Source of the DNA: an uncultured virus (IMG/VR IMGVR_UViG_3300026321_000001)
Lineage: Duplodnaviria; Heunggongvirae; Uroviricota; Caudoviricetes
Length of the DNA: 64,000 nucleotides
Strand: one strand, 5' to 3'
IMG/VR virus record: IMGVR_UViG_3300026321_000001
This document shows positions 58,503-64,000 of the stretch, one piece after another; the stretch's first letter is position 1; each line of letters begins with the position of its first letter. The position numbers and the translations under genes are program-made. Under the pieces are notes generated by a model. The model was not told the origin of the DNA. It did no database searches and was given only the letters and a program-made list of their open reading frames with translations.

Positions 58503-58835
58503 TTAGTGGTTTAATTCTATACCTGAATAGAATGGTAATTGTCCGCCTATTTGTAAACCAACGAACCAATTAAAATCTCTTTGAAATACTCTAGATCCAT
58601 AATGGAACTCATCTAATAGAGCATTAAGGCGTGATTTTGTGGTCACTGATTGCCATCCGCCGTCAAATAGTCTTACAAATCTATCACTTATCTTAGCAAT
58701 AAAATTGCCGTGAAGATAAACAAGAGCGTCATTTTGGTCATCAATAACAACGCTAGTGTTCCCAGATGACCAGTTACGGCGTGCTCTGATTGCAGAGTTC
58801 ATTTGGGATTCAATCTTTCTCATTTGGTGAAGCAT
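58503..58835 (-). CDS. Cyanophage early-type hypothetical protein (MRKIE.QM..AI type)
   Basis: VYLHGN.IA, DGGWQS.TTKSRLNA and VFQ.DF.WF motifs. Directly behind a motif promoter. Confidence 0.75.
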   Translation of the reverse strand: MLHQMRKIESQMNSAIRARRNWSSGNTSVVIDDQNDALVYLHGNFIAKISDRFVRLFDGGWQSVTTKSRLNALLDEFHYGSRVFQRDFNWFVGLQIGGQLPFYSGIELNH

Positions 58836-58850
58836 TTGTTTGACTCTTTA

Positions 58851-58908
58851 ATAATAACAGAAAACGCCCCTCGTGGGGGCGTTAGTGGACACTCTCTAGA
58901 GTGGCATA
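58851..58908 (-). promoter_or_regulatory. Early-type promoter: palindromic motif + hairpin + -10
   Basis: + strand gtggacac-N8-gtggcata (58885-58908), 28-bp spacer containing a GC hairpin, -10 TATTAT (58851-58856). Confidence 0.7.
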
Positions 58909-59051
58909 TGAAGTAGTCTGAAGTCGTCCTGAATCTGGGAGAAGTAGGTCCAGATCACGTCACGATAGGTCGTGGTCTTGCGTAGGTAGTAACGCTCTGA
59001 AGGGGTAAGGGGTGCACGCTTGATGCGTACAGGTGAAACTGATGTTGTCAT
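58896..59051 (-). CDS. Small hypothetical protein (51 aa)
   Basis: Manual translation MTTSVSPVRIKRAPLTPSERYYLRKTTTYRDVIWTYFSQIQDDFRLLHMPL; lies behind a motif promoter. Confidence 0.55.
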   Translation of the reverse strand: MTTSVSPVRIKRAPLTPSERYYLRKTTTYRDVIWTYFSQIQDDFRLLHMPL

Positions 59052-59074
59052 AGGGTGTCTGTGTTGACCCTATT

Positions 59075-59132
59075 AATATAGACCAAAATGCCCCTAAATG
59101 GGGCATTGGTGGACACCTCACACAGTGTCATA
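59075..59132 (-). promoter_or_regulatory. Early-type promoter: palindromic motif + hairpin + -10
   Basis: gtggacac-N8-gtgtcata (59109-59132), 28-bp spacer with atgcccc/ggggcat stem, -10 TATATT. Confidence 0.7.
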
Positions 59133-59145
59133 CTAATTGTTTACA

Positions 59146-59268
59146 TTAACCTATGAGTACATTATCATCAAAAAGTTCATCTAACAATGAAAGAATTTCA
59201 TTGCCATTAACACACTCTTCGAATGCTTCTACTAGGTAGGAGTTGTTCTCAAGGATGGATTCTGCCAT
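59146..59268 (-). CDS. Small acidic hypothetical protein (40 aa)
   Basis: Manual translation MAESILENNSYLVEAFEECVNGNEILSLLDELFDDNVLIG. Confidence 0.55.
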   Translation of the reverse strand: MAESILENNSYLVEAFEECVNGNEILSLLDELFDDNVLIG

Positions 59269-59328
59269 TTGATTGTTAGTTAGGGGGACAAGATTAAGCA
59301 GTTTAAAGTCATACTCAAGGACTGTAAT

Positions 59329-59538
59329 CTACTCCTCTAATTGAGTTAAATCATTGAGGAATAACCACTCGTAACCACCATCTTCAGGGTCAATTCCGTC
59401 TACAATGTATTCATTACAAATACATTCTGCATTTTCAGGTGAACCAAAGTCCACGTGAATTGACATCTTATCATAATAGTTATTGGTGAGAAGTTCAATG
59501 GATTTCTCTCTATCAGGGGATAAAGTGTTGTTGCTCAT
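59329..59538 (-). CDS. Hypothetical protein (69 aa)
   Basis: ORF track; acidic, operon-like packing. Confidence 0.6.
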   Translation of the reverse strand: MSNNTLSPDREKSIELLTNNYYDKMSIHVDFGSPENAECICNEYIVDGIDPEDGGYEWLFLNDLTQLEE

Positions 59539-59540
59539 TG

Positions 59541-59672
59541 TTAGTAGTTACGAAGAGTTCTGAAGGGTGGATATACAAAGGGTTTGGATATTGCCTTTTG
59601 TTTGTGATAGTTAGCAAGGAACACTTTCTGCTCCTCAGTAAACTTAATCACGATCTTTGTGTCCTCTTTCAT
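59541..59672 (-). CDS. Small hypothetical protein (43 aa)
   Basis: Manual translation MKEDTKIVIKFTEEQKVFLANYHKQKAISKPFVYPPFRTLRNY; ATGA overlap with the upstream gene. Confidence 0.55.
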   Translation of the reverse strand: MKEDTKIVIKFTEEQKVFLANYHKQKAISKPFVYPPFRTLRNY

Positions 59673-60178
59673 AATACCTTCTCCCCTAATTGTGTGATGA
59701 GTTTGTTAGAAATAGTGTACCCAAGTCTAGGATCTTTCTTAACATTTTTGCTGAAGAATTGTCTCTTCAGGTTAGGAATTAAGATTGCAAGTACGTCATC
59801 TGATGACATTTTGTAGACCTCAACTACCTTGCCTAAGTGATAACGAGCAAAGAAGTGATCTTTATACTTACCGATCTTATCTTCCTTCAAATATGTTAAT
59901 TGCTCTTCCCAAGAGTTCTGTACACTTATGCCATTGTATGTTGCAGTGAGTTTCTTACCAATAGTGGACTTATATTCCACTGGGTTGTTATCACTGTCGT
60001 AGGCATCTGCACCTGATAAAGTATCACTAACTTGGTGCCCAAGTATCCCTGCTAAATGTATCTCACGTGAACGAGCATAACTAAAAGGATCACCCCAGTT
60101 ATTGTCGTCACAAAGTTGATACATTGCTTCGAACAGTTGTTGATACTTTTGCTCAGGTGTGGTCACTGTGTCAAGCAT
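59669..60178 (-). CDS. PD-(D/E)xK endonuclease resembling type II restriction enzyme PvuII
   Basis: GADAYDSDNNPVEYKS parallels PvuII GNDAVDNAGQEYELKS (recalled), with co-linear similarity along the rest of the protein. Confidence 0.65.
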   Translation of the reverse strand: MLDTVTTPEQKYQQLFEAMYQLCDDNNWGDPFSYARSREIHLAGILGHQVSDTLSGADAYDSDNNPVEYKSTIGKKLTATYNGISVQNSWEEQLTYLKEDKIGKYKDHFFARYHLGKVVEVYKMSSDDVLAILIPNLKRQFFSKNVKKDPRLGYTISNKLITQLGEKVL

Positions 60179-60204
60179 CTGAAACTGTGTTGTTTTGGAC
60201 TCTC

Positions 60205-60390
60205 TTAATATACATCAGATTTAAGGTCAGTGGGGGAATTGTGGACACTTTCAGTAGTGGCACAATAGGACTTGTCAACCTCACACCATTGTTGTAACTT
60301 ACGTTCTTGTACTTCATATTGAGTTTGTATTACATTGTGTCCAAGATTGACACCAATTAATACAACAATGGAGACTAATATCAATCTCAT
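60205..60390 (-). CDS. Small protein with N-terminal hydrophobic segment
   Basis: MRLILVSIVVLIGVNLG...WCEVDKSYC. Confidence 0.6.
   Translation of the reverse strand: MRLILVSIVVLIGVNLGHNVIQTQYEVQERKLQQWCEVDKSYCATTESVHNSPTDLKSDVY
60207..60264 (-). promoter_or_regulatory. Early-type promoter in front of the endonuclease
   Basis: gtggacac-N8-gtggcaca (60241-60264), 28-bp spacer, -10 TATATT (60207-60212). Confidence 0.7.
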
Positions 60391-60647
60391 TGTTTCACCT
60401 TCTGTTCATAAGGTACATATCCTAACAAGTCATCAAGTAATTTACCTGCTAAAGTGTTAACAATCGGAATACCTCTTCCATTGTTAAGTGAGTTTGTATA
60501 ATAATTAATTGATTCACTAATTAATTGATACTCACTAGAACTTATTGTTGGAGATCCTTCCAAAATTCCTATCTCTACACCTTTATGATATGAATCAATG
60601 CACTTAACTTGCTTGCTTCTGTGTGGATCAAATGGTCTTTTAGTCAT
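60387..60647 (-). CDS. Hypothetical protein (likely start MTKRPFDP)
   Basis: TAATG coupling with the upstream ORF. Confidence 0.55.
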   Translation of the reverse strand: MTKRPFDPHRSKQVKCIDSYHKGVEIGILEGSPTISSSEYQLISESINYYTNSLNNGRGIPIVNTLAGKLLDDLLGYVPYEQKVKQ

Positions 60648-60814
60648 TACACAACCTCCACAGATTGTATGTCCCAATCTGATACTAACTCTTGAACTAA
60701 CTCGTATTTGTTAACATCTTCGTTAACAAGTTCACGTGCTTCGTTCTCATCTTCTGCTTCAACTTCCACGATGAAAGTTCTAATCTCTTCGCAAGATACG
60801 AGATAGGTTTTCAT
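60647..60814 (-). CDS. Small acidic hypothetical protein (55 aa)
   Basis: Manual translation MKTYLVSCEEIRTFIVEVEAEDENEARELVNEDVNKYELVQELVSDWDIQSVEVV; AAGGAGG SD upstream. Confidence 0.65.
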   Translation of the reverse strand: MKTYLVSCEEIRTFIVEVEAEDENEARELVNEDVNKYELVQELVSDWDIQSVEVV

Positions 60815-61045
60815 TTAAGCGACCTCCTTGAATGATAGTGAACCACCGTAATTTAATTTGTTATGTATTTCAGACTTGTAAATGTTGAGTAGGTAACTAA
60901 CATCAACATCAGTGTAATCATCCCAGTCTGATACATAATCAGCATTGTCAAAATCACCTGTATTATCTACAAATGATGGGCAACTTCTGAGTTCATATTC
61001 ATCATCAACCCAAAAGTGTCTGCCTAGTTTGTTACTTAGGAACAT
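60815..61045 (-). CDS. Hypothetical protein (76 aa)
   Basis: ORF track; AGGAG SD upstream. Confidence 0.65.
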   Translation of the reverse strand: MFLSNKLGRHFWVDDEYELRSCPSFVDNTGDFDNADYVSDWDDYTDVDVSYLLNIYKSEIHNKLNYGGSLSFKEVA

Positions 61046-61048
61046 AAT

Positions 61049-61264
61049 TTAATACTCCTCCTGAGCAAAGAATGCGAGTTGTTTATCAGTTTCGCAACTG
61101 TAACTTATGACCTTAGCATTAATATAAGACTCATCAGTTTCGTTCGGATAATTGTCAACTAAGTGATGATTAGAATTCAAATAGCATTGAATTTCTTCAC
61201 ATAAATGAAGAGGATTTACCCCTTCATCATCACAAACAATTCGACAGGAAAAGTTTAAAATCAT
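61049..61264 (-). CDS. Hypothetical protein (71 aa)
   Basis: ORF track; TAATG coupling. Confidence 0.6.
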   Translation of the reverse strand: MILNFSCRIVCDDEGVNPLHLCEEIQCYLNSNHHLVDNYPNETDESYINAKVISYSCETDKQLAFFAQEEY

Positions 61265-61389
61265 TAGGATAAATCCTCAAAGCGTTGATAACAGATTTTC
61301 TCTCTCGCTTCAGGAGAGAGTGTTGGATACTCCTCACAGACCTCTTCCCAGAGTGTCTCAAGGATCATTTCATTTCGAAGGCAACTCAT
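61264..61389 (-). CDS. Small hypothetical protein (41 aa)
   Basis: Manual translation MSCLRNEMILETLWEEVCEEYPTLSPEAREKICYQRFEDLS; AAGGAGG SD upstream. Confidence 0.65.
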   Translation of the reverse strand: MSCLRNEMILETLWEEVCEEYPTLSPEAREKICYQRFEDLS

Positions 61390-61545
61390 TTAAGCGACCT
61401 CCTTTGCTTCAATAACTGCATCCCATAGGGTGTCGAATTCTGAAGCGTCCTCGCAGTGCTCCTGCAAGTCTAGATCAGCGATTGAAGAGAACAGGTCACA
61501 TAGGAGTGAATGTTGCTGATCGGAAAGAGTGATTGTTTTGTTCAT
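61390..61545 (-). CDS. Small acidic hypothetical protein (51 aa), probably leaderless
   Basis: Manual translation MNKTITLSDQQHSLLCDLFSSIADLDLQEHCEDASEFDTLWDAVIEAKEVA. The ATG sits at the predicted +1. Confidence 0.6.
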   Translation of the reverse strand: MNKTITLSDQQHSLLCDLFSSIADLDLQEHCEDASEFDTLWDAVIEAKEVA

Positions 61546-61551
61546 ACTGTT

Positions 61552-61609
61552 ATTATAGTCGATTGGGGTCAGGTTTCAATAAAAAATGGACAGTTTGCTC
61601 ACTGTCCAT
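61552..61609 (-). promoter_or_regulatory. Early-type promoter with perfect palindrome
   Basis: atggacag-N8-ctgtccat (61586-61609), 28-bp spacer, -10 TATAAT (61552-61557). Confidence 0.7.
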
Positions 61610-61760
61610 TGGTGTATGATCCCATCACGCAAGCACCATATCTTACCTCAGCATATCCGTACTCTTCGGATAGGTCTAGGCATAAACCCCAACACTCGTC
61701 AAGTGTTACAAATGATGAATTTTCATAGGGTGCGGATGGACAGTGGACAGAATATCTCAT
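61599..61760 (-). CDS. Small Cys-containing hypothetical protein (53 aa)
   Basis: Manual translation MRYSVHCPSAPYENSSFVTLDECWGLCLDLSEEYGYAEVRYGACVMGSYTNGQ. Confidence 0.65.
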   Translation of the reverse strand: MRYSVHCPSAPYENSSFVTLDECWGLCLDLSEEYGYAEVRYGACVMGSYTNGQ

Positions 61761-61786
61761 AATTGTTGAATTCGTTTGATAGTATT

Positions 61787-61845
61787 ATTATACACAAAAA
61801 AACCGCCCCGAAGGGCGGTTGTGTGACACTTCCTCAAGTGGTTTG
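61787..61845 (-). promoter_or_regulatory. Early-type promoter with embedded terminator
   Basis: tgtgacac-N8-gtggtttg (61822-61845), 29-bp spacer, -10 TATAAT (61787-61792). Confidence 0.65.
61796..61820 (-). terminator. Rho-independent terminator with UUCG loop
   Basis: Minus strand AACCGCCC-TTCG-GGGCGGTT-TTTTT. Confidence 0.85.
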
Positions 61846-62139
61846 ATTGAATGCTCGGTCGTATGATTTCTTGGAATACTCGTAGGCAGTCTTGGAGTGT
61901 GTGACAATCCATTTACCGACTACTTGGAGATCTTTCCAGAGTTCCTGTACCTCATACTGGTGAATGCTCCATCTTGCCTTTGCATCAGCAATATATTGTT
62001 CACGTGAGATCAAATCAACTTTTGGTTGTGCCACTTTCACATCCTCCACAGGTGCTTTTGGTGAGTATTTAGCAACTGTAGCGGTCGCTTTTGGTTTACG
62101 AGTGCGAGTCTTACGAGGTGTAGAAGTCGCTGCTGGCAT
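61834..62139 (-). CDS. Hypothetical protein with basic N-terminus (likely start MPAATSTPRK)
   Basis: Start moved to the ATG at 62139 because the track start lies within the promoter. LISREQYI.D...RW.IHQYE segment. Confidence 0.65.
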   Translation of the reverse strand: MPAATSTPRKTRTRKPKATATVAKYSPKAPVEDVKVAQPKVDLISREQYIADAKARWSIHQYEVQELWKDLQVVGKWIVTHSKTAYEYSKKSYDRAFNQTT

Positions 62140-62247
62140 AGTGTGACAGTTAGTAAAGTGAATAAGTGTGGAAGAGGTTCGACTTAAACTCGCTGCTCTT
62201 AGTAGGTTGGAACCCACAATGGCGAGACCCTTGCCTTCCACTCTTAT

Positions 62248-62305
62248 AATATACACGAGATTTCAACCAAATGGGGAAAATGTGTGCACTTTGTCAACTG
62301 TCACA
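62248..62305 (-). promoter_or_regulatory. Early-type promoter
   Basis: gtgtgcac-N8-ctgtcaca (62282-62305), 28-bp spacer, -10 TATATT (62248-62253). Confidence 0.7.
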
Positions 62306-63214
62306 GTAATTCATTACACCTAAGCGTTTATGCACTAAGTTACTATAATCCTCGTGCAATTCACACCCTATGTAATGTCTATCTAATGATTTTGCAACCA
62401 TTGCAGTTGTACCTGATCCCATAAATGGGTCAAGAATAGTATCACTAACTCGTGACCCTGCTAATATACAAGGACTGACTAAATCAGGTGGGAAAGTAGC
62501 AAAGTGTGCTCCTTTATATGGTTTATTTGTTATACTCCAAACTGAACGTTTGTTCTTCTTTGGATATGATTTAGTGAGACCAGAATGAGGTTGCAATCCT
62601 GTACCTTTGTTGTGATATTTGCCTTTTGATCTATCACGTGTACCCCAATCTTTAGCAGGTTCCTTGATACTTTCATTATCATAATAGTATCGCTTGTTCT
62701 TACTTAAGAGGAACAAATACTCGTGTGATTTAGTACATCTATCTTTGACACTTTCAGGCATAGGATTAGGTTTATGCCAAATTATATCTTGTCGTAGATA
62801 CCAACCATCAGATCTTAGTGCAAATGCTAACATCCAAGGGATGCCAATTAGATCCTTTTCTTTATATCCAACAAGTTTATTTGCACGCTTTGATGTATAC
62901 TCAGGCAGGTCTTGATTAGTCTTACTAAGTGTTTGTTTAGGATATGATTTACCTGGTCTATAGTTATAGTAACTATCACCAATATTCAACCACAAAGTAC
63001 CATCATCAGTAAGACAATCTCTCACTAATCTAAACACTTTAACCATTTCCTGAATATATTCTTCAGGTGTTGATTCTTGCCCTATTTGTGACAATTCCCC
63101 ACCATAGTCTCTTAGACCATAGTAGGGTGGACTTGTCACACACATTTGACATTTAGTGGTGATATTTGCTAGTGATTCTCTACAATCACCATAAAGGATT
63201 GTATCCTTAGTCAT
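62294..63214 (-). CDS. Beta-class N4-cytosine/N6-adenine DNA methyltransferase
   Basis: Catalytic TSPPY precedes the SAM-binding ILDPFMGSGTT; also HFATFP. Likely start MTKDTILYGD. Confidence 0.92.
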   Translation of the reverse strand: MTKDTILYGDCRESLANITTKCQMCVTSPPYYGLRDYGGELSQIGQESTPEEYIQEMVKVFRLVRDCLTDDGTLWLNIGDSYYNYRPGKSYPKQTLSKTNQDLPEYTSKRANKLVGYKEKDLIGIPWMLAFALRSDGWYLRQDIIWHKPNPMPESVKDRCTKSHEYLFLLSKNKRYYYDNESIKEPAKDWGTRDRSKGKYHNKGTGLQPHSGLTKSYPKKNKRSVWSITNKPYKGAHFATFPPDLVSPCILAGSRVSDTILDPFMGSGTTAMVAKSLDRHYIGCELHEDYSNLVHKRLGVMNYCDS

Positions 63215-63395
63215 TGTTAGCAGCAACCAATAATTTGCCTAGTAGTTTAGAATAAAACCGACAAGTTTCATCATCAGAATATTCTTTCTTGATTTTATCG
63301 TGAACCATTGTGATTAGTTCCTCATACTCTTCTGTTGTGAAGTTGTTATCATCACCCCAAGCATATTGTTGTGGGATGCTATCAACATTACTCAT
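63207..63395 (-). CDS. Hypothetical protein (62 aa)
   Basis: ORF track; first gene behind a motif promoter. Confidence 0.6.
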   Translation of the reverse strand: MSNVDSIPQQYAWGDDNNFTTEEYEELITMVHDKIKKEYSDDETCRFYSKLLGKLLVAANND

Positions 63396-63420
63396 AATAG
63401 TCTAAATTTGGTTCATTGTC

Positions 63421-63479
63421 AATATACACGAAAAAAGTGCCCAACGGTTCAAACCGTGGACACTTCCTAACGTGGCACA
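63421..63479 (-). promoter_or_regulatory. Early-type promoter for the methyltransferase operon
   Basis: gtggacac-N8-gtggcaca (63456-63479), 29-bp spacer, -10 TATATT (63421-63426). Confidence 0.7.
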
Positions 63480-63491
63480 TATTATACTATT

Positions 63492-63908
63492 CTACCATCC
63501 GAATTGATTAACCTTATCAAAGAATGCTGCTCTGTATGTGTCACCTAGTGAATTGGCATCAACATACGGATCACTCGTTGACTTCCTGACGTATCCTTCA
63601 TTAGCACCAGCACTACCCTCAATGATTCCCCATACTTTCGTATGTCCTCCTCTATCAACTGGTGCTACTGCTGATATTACTACATCATCACCACTAGCAG
63701 CATTTGCTTTGGTGAATGTCCAAGTGACTGACGAGTGGTCTGCTTCAATCTTTGCTTTCTTTCCTGTAAAGCGATACTCTGCTGCTCCTGCCTGACTGCT
63801 GACTCTTGCAATATTATCATCAACTGCCTTGAGTCTATATGCTTTGGCGTTTGCTGTTAATTGAGCAAGCAACAAGTCTGCCCAGTTATTTACTTGAGTG
63901 GTTGCCAT
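63492..63908 (-). CDS. Hypothetical protein (138 aa), probably late-expressed
   Basis: ORF track; TATAAATA upstream. Confidence 0.7.
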   Translation of the reverse strand: MATTQVNNWADLLLAQLTANAKAYRLKAVDDNIARVSSQAGAAEYRFTGKKAKIEADHSSVTWTFTKANAASGDDVVISAVAPVDRGGHTKVWGIIEGSAGANEGYVRKSTSDPYVDANSLGDTYRAAFFDKVNQFGW

Positions 63909-63939
63909 TTTAAAATTCCATTTAATACTGTGCCTGTTT

Positions 63940-63947
63940 TATTTATA
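63940..63947 (-). promoter_or_regulatory. Late promoter TATAAATA
   Basis: tatttata on + strand, 32 bp before the ATG at 63908. Confidence 0.7.
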
Positions 63948-64000
63948 AGCAAGAGGAAGTGGTGGTATACCCTTAACAAAGATATCATCAACCACTCTCT

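Noticed and set aside
56190..62250. tRNA genes in the intergenic gaps
   Set aside because: No cloverleaf with T-loop and acceptor stem recognised by eye; tRNAscan would settle it.
58851..63479. CRISPR array or integron-like cassette sites
   Set aside because: The repeats are degenerate, irregularly spaced and fixed relative to -10 boxes; no cas or integrase gene.

Overview
Segment of a T4-like cyanophage (cyanomyovirus) genome. All credible genes lie on the minus strand. In the direction of transcription (right to left) it contains: (i) an early-type region (~57.1-64 kb) of tiny ORFs driven by seven copies of an 8-8-8 palindromic motif fixed 28-29 bp upstream of a -10 box, which also holds a beta-class DNA methyltransferase and a PvuII-like endonuclease; (ii) a non-coding stretch (~56.9-57.1 kb) with divergent sigma70-type promoters and DnaA-box-like 9-mers; (iii) small accessory genes (NlpC/P60, AbrB-like, 2OG-Fe(II) oxygenase, HNH); (iv) the late baseplate/tail module: a 1251-aa protein, PAAR-like spike, gp25, gp6, a giant 8574-aa gp7-type protein, YHYH protein, gp9/gp10-like protein, gp8, a VrlC/DUF4815-like protein, a 2112-aa tail fibre and the start of gp13. 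Main observations: repeated phycobiliprotein-like helical domains with conserved Cys in the giant protein; a nested, Russian-doll arrangement of 21 beta-rich repeats in the same protein; cupredoxin-like copper-ligand motifs in neighbouring structural proteins; apparent absence of CATG (and probably CCGG) across the window. All family assignments come from by-eye motif recognition and recalled sequences; no searches were run. Domain boundaries are approximate.
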